56,661 nucleotides of DNA, taken from assembly GCA_038046485.1 (NCBI GenBank), contig JBBSWA010000002.1:1-56661 (forward strand), read 5' to 3'. Made by a program: the position numbers and the translations under genes. Position 1 is the first letter of the stretch. The number at the start of each line of letters is the position of its first letter. Below are positions 32,306 to 42,369 of this stretch, piece after piece. A model generated the notes under the pieces. It was not told where the DNA came from, searched no databases, and saw only the letters and a list, made by a program, of their open reading frames with translations. This stretch comes from Nanobdellota archaeon. GTDB taxonomy: Archaea > Nanobdellota > Nanobdellia > Woesearchaeales > SM23-78.

Positions 32306-33061
32306 ATGCATGCTATTGTTAGGAAACCAGGCCATAATTTTGCGGGAGGAATAACGACCTCAAATTTAGGAACTCAAGATTATAATAAAGCATTAAAACA
32401 GCATGAAGATTACTGTAAGGTTTTGGAAAGCTGTGGGATAAAAGTGTTTGTGTTAGATGCTGATCTTAAATATCCAGATGGGTGCTTTGTTGAAGATACA
32501 GCGATTGTTACAGAACAATATGCGATTATAACAAGACTCGGCCATTCTACTAGGCAAGGAGAGGAAGAGAAGATAGTTGAAATTCTATCTAATTACAGAA
32601 AGATCGTATATATACAATCGCCAGCCACACTAGATGGTGGGGACATTTTGAGGGTCGATAAACATTTTTATATTGGGCTATCAAAAAGAACAAATAGGGA
32701 AGGAGCAAAGCAACTTACAACGATTCTATCTAAAGAAGGTTATACTGCATCAACTGTCCCTGTAAAAACAGTGCTTCATCTAAAAACAGGGGTTACTTCT
32801 ATCGGGATGAACAACCTTCTGTGTATAGAAGAGTTTCAAAAAAGACCTGAGTTCAAATCATTCAACGTTATACCTATTAGTAAAGATGAAGAATATAGTG
32901 CGAATTGTCTCGTCGTTAAAGAATGGCTTCTAATGCCAAAGGGTTTTACTAGAACAAGAAGCAAATTAAAAGGATTAGGTTATAATATTACTGAAATAGA
33001 AATGGGAGAATTTGCAAAGATGGATGGGGGATTGACTTGCCTATCCTTGTTATTCTCATAA
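32306..33061 (+). CDS. dimethylarginine dimethylaminohydrolase / amidinotransferase-family protein
   Basis: 251 aa with GGDILRV, HLKT and the C-terminal GGLTCLS (catalytic Cys), typical of the DDAH/arginine deiminase superfamily. Confidence 0.7.
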   Translation: MHAIVRKPGHNFAGGITTSNLGTQDYNKALKQHEDYCKVLESCGIKVFVLDADLKYPDGCFVEDTAIVTEQYAIITRLGHSTRQGEEEKIVEILSNYRKIVYIQSPATLDGGDILRVDKHFYIGLSKRTNREGAKQLTTILSKEGYTASTVPVKTVLHLKTGVTSIGMNNLLCIEEFQKRPEFKSFNVIPISKDEEYSANCLVVKEWLLMPKGFTRTRSKLKGLGYNITEIEMGEFAKMDGGLTCLSLLFS

Positions 33062-33065
33062 ATCT

Positions 33066-33608
33066 TCACAACTTCCCAATTACTGTCTTCTCACTAATAA
33101 TCGCTGAATTCCCAGAAGGGTCTTCTAGAATAAATTTGCAGTTTTCTTGCCCCCACATGATGCGGGTCATCTTCTTAAGGATGTTCTTTGCCTTCTTGCG
33201 GTCTTCCTCTTCTTCTGCAGTGTCGCGTAAGACTTCGACTTGTTTCTTAATTCTATTTAACACACCTTCAATATTGGTCACATATCCATTCGAAAATTCA
33301 CCGGGTTCAATCGATCCAATGTGGGGAATCTTCACCGTAGCATCCGCACTTTTCACAACACGGATCTTCATGTCTTCTTCTTTAGTAATCTCAAATGTAT
33401 ACTTGCTTGGCGTTCGTTTTTCTTCCGGCTCTACATCTGCTTTGTGGTAGCCGCATCCAGAGCAATCCATCCCGAAAAGGTGGCAGTTGCCAAAGTAAGG
33501 TACTTCGCGCACAGCCTCAGTCAAAGTCAATTTCTTTTCATTGCAGAAGGGGCAGAGTTCATTTTCAATGACTTCAACAGCTTCTTCTGCTTTCTTCTTT
33601 TCAGCCAT
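33066..33608 (-). CDS. ZPR1-type zinc finger protein
   Basis: CPFC...(x)...CSGCGYH four-Cys ZPR1 zinc finger followed by the ZPR1 beta-domain. The 180-aa size fits archaeal ZPR1-related proteins. Confidence 0.75.
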   Translation of the reverse strand: MAEKKKAEEAVEVIENELCPFCNEKKLTLTEAVREVPYFGNCHLFGMDCSGCGYHKADVEPEEKRTPSKYTFEITKEEDMKIRVVKSADATVKIPHIGSIEPGEFSNGYVTNIEGVLNRIKKQVEVLRDTAEEEEDRKKAKNILKKMTRIMWGQENCKFILEDPSGNSAIISEKTVIGKL

Positions 33609-33663
33609 ACTCCCTCAAAAGAAAACATGTTTTAAAAAGCTTATGGTAAGAGTTAGAATTTAA

Positions 33664-34095
33664 TCATTCTTCGCCGAGTTCATCCTTCATGCCAGGGGCT
33701 TGAGGCTGTCCTTTGGCCGCCGCAGGTCCTTGTCGGTAAATCTCAGCAAAGCTAGGTACAATGACCACATAGTCATCGCCAAAGCCGGCAATGTCGCCTT
33801 CAATGGCGTCGGTTGTTTTTTTGAGTTTATTGATGGCTCGTTTGAGTTCAATGAGATCTTTGTCTTTTAAGGGTCGAATATTGATCAAGGCAACAGTATA
33901 TCCCTCTCTTAATACATCTAGAATGGGTTTGACATCGGTGAAGTCTTCTACGACAAAGGGGCGGACAACGACTTTGCTTCCACCCTGACGGGGGTTTTCT
34001 CCTTCTCCGCTAATCTCTACATAATCGTCACTGGGCGCTACGCCTTCTTCTTCATAGTCATTTTTTCTGAATTTTTTGAAGAAAGAAAAGCTCAT
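33664..34095 (-). CDS. sepF: cell division protein SepF
   Basis: C-terminal SepF/DUF552 core VVVRPFVVEDFTDVKPILDVLREGYTVALINIRPL...IAGFGDDYVVIVP. Confidence 0.8.
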   Translation of the reverse strand: MSFSFFKKFRKNDYEEEGVAPSDDYVEISGEGENPRQGGSKVVVRPFVVEDFTDVKPILDVLREGYTVALINIRPLKDKDLIELKRAINKLKKTTDAIEGDIAGFGDDYVVIVPSFAEIYRQGPAAAKGQPQAPGMKDELGEE

Positions 34096-34245
34096 ATAGT
34101 TAGCCTCCAGCCACGGTGCGTTTCACGTCCTTCAAGTATATAAAGCTTTTGGTGGAAAAGTGTTCTTTTTCCGTCTAATGGGCATGAAATCAGGGGTTTG
34201 GAGGCTTGGGGAAAAATTTAAATAGCCGTGCGGGTACCTAAAAAT

Positions 34246-35262
34246 ATGAAGTATGGCTGGATAGTGATAGCACTCTTTCTATTTCATGTAGCGGTAGTGG
34301 CCGCAGAGGATGCAGAGAACATATCCAGTATATTTGTAAAATATGTGACAGCTGAAGAGTTAGGAATAGATGGGCTCTCACCTGAAAAGTTGGTGGTTTC
34401 AAAGCTAGGAGATACGGTTAAGGTGTATTCATTTTCAATTGGCTCAGATGTACAAAAGGCACTAGAGGGGATTAAGGAAGAGGCGTTAAAGCAGCGTCTT
34501 TCTTTGGTGAAAGAGGATGTAGATAAGAAAAAGTGGGTAAGTTTACCGATCTCCCAGCAAGTGGATATTTATCAGATCTCAACGATTTATGCGAATATCG
34601 ATAAGAAGGCGTTTAGGAGTAGGGTTCGCTTAACGGTAACTTCACCAGATAATTATAAAGCAGTTAAGATTGTGCAGGTATATCCGGATGGGGAGGATAT
34701 CAGTGCAGCCGATTTTATATTTAACCCAGACGATAAACCCGTTGTTTTTAAGACAAGAGATCCTATGCTTGAATGGAATATTCCGCTCGTCTCTCCAGGT
34801 CAGGTAATCAAGTTGGAGTACTATGTAAAGGATATTTTGACGAATGCGAACCTGCTCATTTTGGCTTTTGGGGAGTTGTACAGTTCAGCGGAGCCTTTAC
34901 CAGAGGTGAATGAGTCAGCGGTAACACCCAGCCCAGAAAACGATTCAGTCCCCGTTACAAATGTAAGTTCAAATGTCACAGCACTCCCAGTGAATACAGA
35001 GACAAAATTCTCAACCGCGTTTTTGCTTACGGTATTAAGCATCCTTGCCTTGGTTTCGGTTGTGATTGCCATTTTCCATTTTGAGTTGAAGGAAAAGGCC
35101 GTTGCAGAAAAAAGAAAGTTTTCTGAGAACTTAGATAATTATGTGAAGACCAGTTTACAGATGGGGGCAGATCCAAAGACTTTGCGTCAGGCCTTAAGCG
35201 CAGCAGGTTGGGATCCTCAGATGGTGGATCGTTTGATTGAGCATCATACAAAGAAGCATTGA
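34246..35262 (+). CDS. surface-exposed membrane-anchored protein (hypothetical)
   Basis: Track ORF starts at GTG 34228. ATG 34246 lies 21 nt after AAATTTAAATAG. N-terminal signal (WIVIALFLFHVAVVAA), C-terminal TM (FLLTVLSILALVSVVIAIF) and a short cytoplasmic tail. Confidence 0.55.
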   Translation: MKYGWIVIALFLFHVAVVAAEDAENISSIFVKYVTAEELGIDGLSPEKLVVSKLGDTVKVYSFSIGSDVQKALEGIKEEALKQRLSLVKEDVDKKKWVSLPISQQVDIYQISTIYANIDKKAFRSRVRLTVTSPDNYKAVKIVQVYPDGEDISAADFIFNPDDKPVVFKTRDPMLEWNIPLVSPGQVIKLEYYVKDILTNANLLILAFGELYSSAEPLPEVNESAVTPSPENDSVPVTNVSSNVTALPVNTETKFSTAFLLTVLSILALVSVVIAIFHFELKEKAVAEKRKFSENLDNYVKTSLQMGADPKTLRQALSAAGWDPQMVDRLIEHHTKKH

Positions 35263-35340
35263 TAGTGGGTTTAAGCTCATTTTTCTAGGAAGATTTATAA
35301 ACAGATTAACTATCACTAAGTAGTGATTTTAGGAGATAGG

Positions 35341-35868
35341 ATGGCAACACTACAGTTAGTTCATTCGGGGCATGGATTGATATATCCCTATCGAAAGGTC
35401 GTTTTATATGAAAGTAATCCCTCCTCAACTCAGGCAGGAGCAGGTGAGATAAAAGCGATTATAACCCACCAAGGGGTAGAAGAGATATCCCCAACAACAG
35501 TTCCTTTAAAGGAGTCGGTATTGACAGTTGCCTATTGGGGGCAATTAGACCCCGCAGGTTTTGTTGTGCTTCCTTCAGGACAAGGAAGGACTTCATTGGA
35601 AAACAGAGTTTTTTTGATTGGGGAACACGTGGCTAGGCAACCGTTAAATAATCTAAGAATTCCTCCTATGTTTACTCGAGATGATATTAGCGGAATGCTT
35701 AGCACATCTCTTATCGCAAGGGTGGATGTTTATTGGACTCAAGGTGGGGCAGAACAGGTTTTATACGAAACAAGAACGATGGATAGTGACACTAGACGTT
35801 CACGATTAAGATCCCTTGCGCAAGATCCAGAATGCCTTGCAGGAAGTAGTTTAATTAGTGTGCTCTGA
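35341..35868 (+). CDS. hypothetical protein
   Basis: ATG 35341 is preceded by AGGAG. No TM and no recognised motif. Confidence 0.5.
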   Translation: MATLQLVHSGHGLIYPYRKVVLYESNPSSTQAGAGEIKAIITHQGVEEISPTTVPLKESVLTVAYWGQLDPAGFVVLPSGQGRTSLENRVFLIGEHVARQPLNNLRIPPMFTRDDISGMLSTSLIARVDVYWTQGGAEQVLYETRTMDSDTRRSRLRSLAQDPECLAGSSLISVL

Positions 35869-35881
35869 AGTTAGTTCTTCT

Positions 35882-36577
35882 CTAAGCAGTAGAAGCTTGT
35901 AGTTGTGTGAAAGAAGCAATCCGCTCAACAAAGTTTTCCCAGGTAGCAATTAAGTTTTCAGTCATAGCTTTGGTTTCATTTTCTTGAATGGTTTTTATCA
36001 ACTTAATGGCTGCTTTAATCTTGCTGATAGGAGCTGCCATCTTAGGGTCTTGTACATTTAATCGGCTTAAGTCTATGTCTTGAAGAGGGGTAGTATTAGC
36101 TGCTTCCTGGTAGGCCTCAAGATAATCTATAATTAATCTTTGTAATTTTTCCATACAGCTTAAGACAAGTTTCCATATTCTTATCTCAAGAAGAGCATGT
36201 TGAAAGTATCGGTGAACCTGGTTAGCAATCACTTTTTTGACATCAAAGGTGGTGTTGAGTAAGGAACTGGCTTCGCTATCAAAAAAATCTTTTTCTAGTC
36301 GGGCAATGCCTTCTTCAATACTTGTTTTGAGTCCAGGGAGATTTTTTATCCAAGCTCCATATTCATCTTGTGATACTACGCTTAGGAGGAGATCTGCCCA
36401 GGTTCCTCGTTCATGTACCTGATCACTGAAACGGCTTCGGACATCAGATGAGGGTTGGATGAGGTCTATGCCTGCTGCGCCTGAGCGAACACGTGCTTCC
36501 CTGCCAGCTTCTTGAGTTGTCCGTCGATTAGCAAGCTGGAGAATTTTGTCATTTTGTATAGTCCAAGCATTTACCAT
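35882..36577 (-). CDS. hypothetical helical protein
   Basis: 231-aa ORF divergent from the GGDEF gene. No family recognised. Confidence 0.5.
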   Translation of the reverse strand: MVNAWTIQNDKILQLANRRTTQEAGREARVRSGAAGIDLIQPSSDVRSRFSDQVHERGTWADLLLSVVSQDEYGAWIKNLPGLKTSIEEGIARLEKDFFDSEASSLLNTTFDVKKVIANQVHRYFQHALLEIRIWKLVLSCMEKLQRLIIDYLEAYQEAANTTPLQDIDLSRLNVQDPKMAAPISKIKAAIKLIKTIQENETKAMTENLIATWENFVERIASFTQLQASTA

Positions 36578-36706
36578 CCATTTTCCCTTCAGTCTACAAC
36601 CTATTTAAACCCTTCGCTCTGGAGCAGCCCACCTTATATTAATTATAGTCACTTAATAGTAGTTAAGAAGCGAAATGTTTATAAAGGGCAGCGTCTAAAT
36701 CAGAGG

Positions 36707-37909
36707 ATGACTAATCGAGAAAGCCCTCTTGAAAGCTTAGTAACGCACGCCTCGGTGGGTGCTGTTCAAAAACCTCTACGAGAGCTTGCGGCGCAGATCT
36801 TTCGAGGGCTTCATACACAATTTCCAGGCAGGAGCGTTGCTAGAGATGATATTAGATATGCGCTGGTATTGTTGGATCATCCAAATTCTACAAATCTTTA
36901 TGTGGCAGAAGCCGCAGGGTTTCGGGATCGGCATTATGATGATCCATTAAACGTATTAGAAACGCTTGCAGGGCAAGCCATTTTGAATAATACTCCTCAA
37001 TGTTTAGAAACAATTAATGGGCAATCTCCATTTCATCATTTAGCGGGCGAAAGACGGGCAAAAAGTGCTTTAGCCATTCCGTTACGTAACTTGAAGGATA
37101 AAGTGGTAGGAGCCGTAGTGGTGGAAGAAGTGGAGTCTGAAACGGCACAGGATGAACGACCCTTCCCATTTAATTCGGCGGCAATAGACAATATCATGAA
37201 CATTATTCCAGGATATGCAAGTGGTTTAGATTATTTCACCCAAGCTACGATCGATCCAGTAACAGGAGTTTTGAGCCGAAGGCGTTTAGATGAAGTAATG
37301 GCACAAACCTACGAGTCAGCAAAGAGAAGTAAGCGGCCTTATAGTATTATTATGTTGGATGTAGATAAATTTAAAGATTATAATGACACACATGGTCACC
37401 CAGCAGGAGATGAAGTTCTACATTTTATTGGGGATATTATCAAAGAGCATTTCCGCGGGAAAGCTGCTGGGGGAAGATACGGTGGGGAAGAATATGCTAT
37501 TCCAAGAGATATACCTATAGAAAATGCATTAATGGAAGCAGAAACCCTTAGACGAAAAATTGAGTCCGAAAGCAAGAGAGAAAAACTGAATGGAGGTATA
37601 ACCGCTACTTTTGGGGTAGCCTGTGATCCTACACCTTCAGGAACAGATTATTTAGAAGAAGCAAAGCGAGTTTTAGGTGATGCAGATAAAGCAATGTATG
37701 CAGGTAAGGGAAAATGGGTTTTCACCAGGGGACCAAATGGGTTGTGGGGGCCAGAAACTTCTGGACAGAAAAACAGGGTTATGTTTAAGCCGTTACAGGG
37801 CGCACGTATACATCATACAAGGCAGCGGTTTGTTTTAGATAAAGTAGGCGAAGGAGAGTTTAAGCAGATCCCCTCAGAAGCAGAAACCTACGGATTATAT
37901 AAACTCTAA
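36707..37909 (+). CDS. GAF-GGDEF protein (putative diguanylate/dinucleotide cyclase)
   Basis: GAF-like N-terminal half (YVAEAAGF...[22 protein letters not shown]). GGDEF domain with [22 protein letters not shown] and the active-site-type RYGGEEYAI. No RxxD I-site 5 residues upstream. Start ATG 36707 follows ATGTTTATAAAGG. Confidence 0.85.
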   Translation: MTNRESPLESLVTHASVGAVQKPLRELAAQIFRGLHTQFPGRSVARDDIRYALVLLDHPNSTNLYVAEAAGFRDRHYDDPLNVLETLAGQAILNNTPQCLETINGQSPFHHLAGERRAKSALAIPLRNLKDKVVGAVVVEEVESETAQDERPFPFNSAAIDNIMNIIPGYASGLDYFTQATIDPVTGVLSRRRLDEVMAQTYESAKRSKRPYSIIMLDVDKFKDYNDTHGHPAGDEVLHFIGDIIKEHFRGKAAGGRYGGEEYAIPRDIPIENALMEAETLRRKIESESKREKLNGGITATFGVACDPTPSGTDYLEEAKRVLGDADKAMYAGKGKWVFTRGPNGLWGPETSGQKNRVMFKPLQGARIHHTRQRFVLDKVGEGEFKQIPSEAETYGLYKL

Positions 37910-39429
37910 TTTTTCAATCCAGTATAACTTTTTTTTATATTCATTTCTTGACTTGTTTTCTTCACAAACACATCAAACAACGGAACTTTAATCGGCGTTG
38001 CAAAGCGTGCAAAGTTACTCGTAATAATTGCTTCACCTTTATCCAAAGCCGCAATGCTCCTTCCATCCGTACTCAGATCTTGACTCGCACTATCAATCAC
38101 AGCCTGTCTTTCCGGTGCCATCTCAATGCCAAGAATGATCTTCGTGTTAATATTGGCCAAGATCTCTCGAGGAATCAAAGAAGGTAACTGTGTAATCGCC
38201 GTCAATCCCACTTGAAACTTCCTTCCCTCACGGGCAATCGTTGCAAATACGTTAGGTCCGCTTTCAAGCACTTCTTTTCCAAGGACGCGAGGTGCTTCTT
38301 CAAGAACAATGGAAACAACCGGTTTATCTTTGAGACTGCCTTGATTCTTATAATATTTGTACTTCCCCAAGATTTCCGTAGCAAGGATCGAGCCAATAAG
38401 GATTTCAGTACTGCTACTCAATCCGCTCGTATCAATAACTACCGTATGTGCTTTTTCAAGTTCGTTTAAAGTATCGGCAACCGTTGTCTCTCCACCTTGG
38501 AGTTGGAAGGCTCCATTACAAAATAGTTGGTTATTGTTAAATTCTAAGTCTAGGATTTGGGAAAATCTTCTTCGTACAACAGCAATGCTTCCTTCATTGA
38601 ATGGATTTTTTCCATTGGAATCGGCAAGGGTTTTTCCGATCATGGCAGCTTCAATCCATCCTTCTCCATAGAGGCGGTAATAAGCGGTTAGGGCTTCTTT
38701 TTGGGGCCCACTCCATTCGGCAGAGCCATCAAAATGATGAGGTCTTAAAATTTTCAAGTTAAAGCGTAACGTTCTCCCGCCGGCCGGCGGGCTCCGGCTG
38801 TAATAAGCCAATCTCTCTTTCTTCGGATGATTCTTCAATCGTTCATAGTATTCATCATGTGGATCGAGCACAAGCAAGGCACAGTAGTCCTTGTCGAGAG
38901 TATCCCATAGAACAACGCTCATTAAATTACTTTTTCCCTTCCCAGTCGTAGCCGGGATCAAGACGTGGTGGCTAAAGACTTCTCGCCCGTCTAAGTAAAT
39001 GGGAAAATCAAGCTCTTTAGAGCCCGATCGCAATTGACCGATAAATAAAGGATTTTTAGGCTGGGTCAAAAATGAGAGATCTTCTGCAGTAACGTCGCGC
39101 ACCAAGCTAAAGAACGTAGGGAGTACTTTGCAGCTGCGGGCTTGGTTTTCTTGGATGAAAACAAGTGTTTTGAGCATCGCTAAACTATAGTTGCGCAGTT
39201 CTGGCTCCATAAAATCCAAGGTACCGCCTTGTTCGAGCATCATTCCAGAGACCAGTTCAAGGTTTTCTTCGCTGATTTGGCTGCCATACTGTAAGTCAAA
39301 GGCTTGAAGAAGTACTTTTCCAGAGCTGTTCTCGGCAATAAACAATTCACCTAGCTCTGCTTCTTTTCCTTGCTTCACCCGCATCAGGATCTCGCCAAAC
39401 TTCCCCGTGACAACTTGACCGCGTACCAT
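37906..39429 (-). CDS. HerA-like (DUF87/COG0433) ATPase
   Basis: N-terminal barrel-like region, Walker [12 protein letters not shown], Walker [12 protein letters not shown]-terminal LEEAPRV...[17 protein letters not shown]. Its 3' end overlaps the GGDEF gene by 4 nt (convergent). Confidence 0.8.
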   Translation of the reverse strand: MVRGQVVTGKFGEILMRVKQGKEAELGELFIAENSSGKVLLQAFDLQYGSQISEENLELVSGMMLEQGGTLDFMEPELRNYSLAMLKTLVFIQENQARSCKVLPTFFSLVRDVTAEDLSFLTQPKNPLFIGQLRSGSKELDFPIYLDGREVFSHHVLIPATTGKGKSNLMSVVLWDTLDKDYCALLVLDPHDEYYERLKNHPKKERLAYYSRSPPAGGRTLRFNLKILRPHHFDGSAEWSGPQKEALTAYYRLYGEGWIEAAMIGKTLADSNGKNPFNEGSIAVVRRRFSQILDLEFNNNQLFCNGAFQLQGGETTVADTLNELEKAHTVVIDTSGLSSSTEILIGSILATEILGKYKYYKNQGSLKDKPVVSIVLEEAPRVLGKEVLESGPNVFATIAREGRKFQVGLTAITQLPSLIPREILANINTKIILGIEMAPERQAVIDSASQDLSTDGRSIAALDKGEAIITSNFARFATPIKVPLFDVFVKKTSQEMNIKKSYTGLKN

Positions 39430-39506
39430 GCTGTTCGAGAACCCTCTATCCTATATAAAAATGACGTTTAGGAAAAGCTTTTAAAAGCCAATAGCTTCCT
39501 AGCCTC

Positions 39507-39659
39507 ATGCAAACAATAACCCTTCCCAAGATCAAGTTTGAGCGTATGGAGCTCGAGTTAAAGACCTTACGAGAGACTCGCCTATACAAGCGCTTGTTGG
39601 AATTTAACCAGAACGTGTTGAAAGGCAAAGTATACACAAGGAAAGACTTAGGTTTCTGA
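39507..39659 (+). CDS. small antitoxin-like ORF (50 aa, not in ORF track)
   Basis: MQTITLPKIKFERMELELKTLRETRLYKRLLEFNQNVLKGKVYTRKDLGF. TTTTAAAAG lies ~25 nt upstream. Its 3' end overlaps the convergent RelE-like gene by 12 nt. Confidence 0.5.
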   Translation: MQTITLPKIKFERMELELKTLRETRLYKRLLEFNQNVLKGKVYTRKDLGF

Positions 39660-39965
39660 AGCTTTTGTTTTTATTTTTTGAATGGTTTTTCGTTGTTTAA
39701 GAGCACTAGTTTTCATCTCAAATTCAAAAACCTTAATCTGGTTGCTCTTCTCTAGAACTTGGTAATAGAGTCGAAGTGGTGGTCGTATGTTCTTGACTTC
39801 ATAGAGAAAAAGTTGGGAATCCAGAAGTTCTCCGGCCAAAGGACCTTTTTCTTCGACCTTGTCGAACATCTTCCGAAGAATTTCTTTTACTTCTTTGTTT
39901 TTGCCAGCTTTCTTCAGTTGTTTAAAGACAACTTTATCGAAGATAAGTTCGTAGTTTTTATTCAC
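39648..39965 (-). CDS. RelE/ParE-superfamily toxin-like protein
   Basis: 105 aa, basic. YELIFDKVVFKQLKK...LFLYEVKNIRPPLRLYYQV...IKVFEFEMK shows a RelE-like strand pattern and shares the RLYY motif with 13995..14303. Confidence 0.55.
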   Translation of the reverse strand: MNKNYELIFDKVVFKQLKKAGKNKEVKEILRKMFDKVEEKGPLAGELLDSQLFLYEVKNIRPPLRLYYQVLEKSNQIKVFEFEMKTSALKQRKTIQKIKTKASET

Positions 39966-40002
39966 AGGATGGAGAAGTTTGTTAGGTATTATAAAATTGC
40001 CG

Positions 40003-40575
40003 TTAGAAAAACGCCCGATACAAATTCAAATACACACTAAACCCATCAAAACCTGGGATCGGCAGTAAGTTGAAGATCAGTAAGAACTTGTTAATATGTC
40101 CAAGAAGCAACAGGAAAAATCGGATAGTGTGGGGTATCTTCTTACCGCTGTTTAAGGCAATCTTAGATCCGCCCCAAAGGAGCAGGTGCCAGATAGGTCC
40201 AGCAAGGGCGATAAAGGCCATCTGTAAATGGGTTCCCCCGTTGCCGATAGAAACATAACCTGGAATAAAGAAGATCAAGCCGGTATTCAATAACTTCAAG
40301 ACAATGCCAAACAACAGCCAAGTATAGGCAGCATGAAACGTCGCACTCAAGCCATAGGCCATCGCAACAAACTTATGTCCCATTTCGTGCAGAATCACAG
40401 AAGGTGCTGTGACAGCACAGGCAAACCAGAAGTCTTGCCAGCGAAATCCCTGAAATTGTTGAAAGTACTTCTCAGTAATGCGTCGGGGGTGTTGAGGAAA
40501 GGCATCCATAAAGATGTAGCCCAGAGCAAGGGACATGATCAGCACGTCGATGAGTTCGCTAAAGGTAAACAACAT
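40003..40575 (-). CDS. M50-like (site-2 protease family) membrane metalloprotease
   Basis: HEMGHKF (HExxH) in a TM helix, plus NLLPIPGFDG (the LDG motif of M50 peptidases). Confidence 0.65.
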   Translation of the reverse strand: MLFTFSELIDVLIMSLALGYIFMDAFPQHPRRITEKYFQQFQGFRWQDFWFACAVTAPSVILHEMGHKFVAMAYGLSATFHAAYTWLLFGIVLKLLNTGLIFFIPGYVSIGNGGTHLQMAFIALAGPIWHLLLWGGSKIALNSGKKIPHTIRFFLLLLGHINKFLLIFNLLPIPGFDGFSVYLNLYRAFF

Positions 40576-40707
40576 AGTATGCCAGAAACCGATTTGTTTT
40601 TTAAAGTTTATTAAAATATAACTGATTAGAGACGAAATTCAATAAGGTGTTGGAGATATACAACCTAGCACAACAATGTATATAAAGTTCTTCCTTCAGT
40701 GCGAGGT

Positions 40708-42291
40708 ATGCACAAGACTAAGTTTATTGTAACCACAGGTGGGGTTGTATCGGGTTTAGGCAAGGGTGTGACAACTGCGAGTATAGGTTCTTTGTTTGCC
40801 TCTGAATACAACGTAGTCCCGATTAAGTGTGATGGTTATCTCAATGTAGATCCAGGAACCATGAGTCCATTTCAGCATGGCGAAGTCTTCGTACTCGATG
40901 ATAAGGGTGAGGTCGATATGGACTTTGGCCATTACGAGCGTTTCTTAGATATTGATTGTCAAGGCGAATGGAATTTAACTCTAGGGAAGATATTTGAAAG
41001 AGTCATCAATAAAGAACGTCGAGGAGACTATCTGGGGGGGACAGTTCAACTCATACCTCACGTAACAAATTTTATTAAATCTTGGTGGAAGCAAATTTAC
41101 GATCGATCGAAGGCTGATCTAGTTTTGATAGAAATTGGTGGCACAGTTGGAGATATGGAAAATAATCTGTATATTGAAGCGGCAAGACAATTAAAAAAAG
41201 AAGTGGGTCTTGAAAACATTGTTTATGTTCATTTAACCTATGTGCCAATTCTCGAAAATGTAGGTGAGCCCAAGAGCAAACCGACGCAGCAGAGCGTGCA
41301 GTTATTAAGAGAGCGTGGCATTGTCCCAGATATCATTATTGCTAGAAGTTCCGCTCCATTGCCTCGTGGTTTGGAAGAAAAGATAGCATTGTTTTGTGAT
41401 GTGGATCAAGAGGCAGTCATCAGTGGCTTGGACTTAGACAGCATTTACAAAGTTCCAAGAAGTTATGCAGATCAAGGGCTTCTTAAGATTCTTAGTGAAC
41501 GATTAGGATTGCCTGTTCAGACTCCTCGCTTTTTTGATATAAAAAAGCCTGACGAAGCCATTAACTTAGCTATCTGTGGAAAATACACTAATTTACGAGA
41601 TGCATACGCAAGCATTTCACACGCCCTTGAACATTGTGAGCACGCATTGGGAGTGAAGTCGGATGTTAAATGGTTAGAAACCAGCGAGGATAATGATTTA
41701 GAAGAATCACTCGCAGGAGTAAATGCAGTAATCGTGCCAGGTGGTTTTGGTAGCCGAGGGACAGAGGGCAAGATAAGAGTCATTGAGTATTGCCGTGAGA
41801 ACAACATTCCATTTTTAGGTATCTGTTATGGTATGCAGCTTGCAGTCATCGAATATGCCAGGCACATTCTTGGATTAGCAGATGCAAACAGTGCAGAAAT
41901 CAACCCAGATACTTCTGAACCGGTTGTGTGCCTACTCCCTGAACAATTCAAGGTACATGCATTAGGAGGCACCATGCGGCTGGGAGGTCATGATGTTCAT
42001 ATCAGACCGAATACGGAGACAAGAGCCCTAGTTGGGGAAGATGTTATCCGCAGAAGATTCAGGCATCGCTGGGAAGTGAATCCGGAATATGTGCCTAGAT
42101 TGGAAGGAAAGGGGCTGGTCTTTTCAGCGTACACACCAGATAGAGAGATTATGCAGGCCATTGAGCTTCCAGGGCATCCTTATTTTGTAGGGACTCAATT
42201 CCATCCAGAGTTAACTTCCCGCCCGAGAAGGCCCGATCCTCATTTTTTAGGGCTCATCAAGGCTGCGGTTAAGCATAAAAATAATTCTTGA
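40708..42291 (+). CDS. pyrG: CTP synthase
   Basis: N-terminal KFIVTTGGVVSGLGKG, C-terminal GATase GICYGMQ and the FHPE-type motif. Track start GTG 40699; ATG 40708 preferred. Confidence 0.95.
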   Translation: MHKTKFIVTTGGVVSGLGKGVTTASIGSLFASEYNVVPIKCDGYLNVDPGTMSPFQHGEVFVLDDKGEVDMDFGHYERFLDIDCQGEWNLTLGKIFERVINKERRGDYLGGTVQLIPHVTNFIKSWWKQIYDRSKADLVLIEIGGTVGDMENNLYIEAARQLKKEVGLENIVYVHLTYVPILENVGEPKSKPTQQSVQLLRERGIVPDIIIARSSAPLPRGLEEKIALFCDVDQEAVISGLDLDSIYKVPRSYADQGLLKILSERLGLPVQTPRFFDIKKPDEAINLAICGKYTNLRDAYASISHALEHCEHALGVKSDVKWLETSEDNDLEESLAGVNAVIVPGGFGSRGTEGKIRVIEYCRENNIPFLGICYGMQLAVIEYARHILGLADANSAEINPDTSEPVVCLLPEQFKVHALGGTMRLGGHDVHIRPNTETRALVGEDVIRRRFRHRWEVNPEYVPRLEGKGLVFSAYTPDREIMQAIELPGHPYFVGTQFHPELTSRPRRPDPHFLGLIKAAVKHKNNS

Positions 42292-42369
42292 GTAGCGATA
42301 AAGTTTTTTATAGAATAATCCTGTCCTAGTTCATGTTCTCCGGGACAAAGGGGTGAAGTCCTTATTTTT

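Noticed and set aside
35341-35868. PilZ-type c-di-GMP receptor next to the GGDEF gene (RRSRLR ... DPECLAG)
   Set aside because: The RxxxR-like and D.S..G-like strings are at the extreme C-terminus, have the wrong spacing and residues, and are not followed by a beta-barrel region. The resemblance is coincidental.
39446-39637. 63-aa ORF on the - strand
   Set aside because: It is antisense to the promoter-equipped 50-aa antitoxin-like ORF, has no start context, and its product is low-complexity. I regard it as a shadow.
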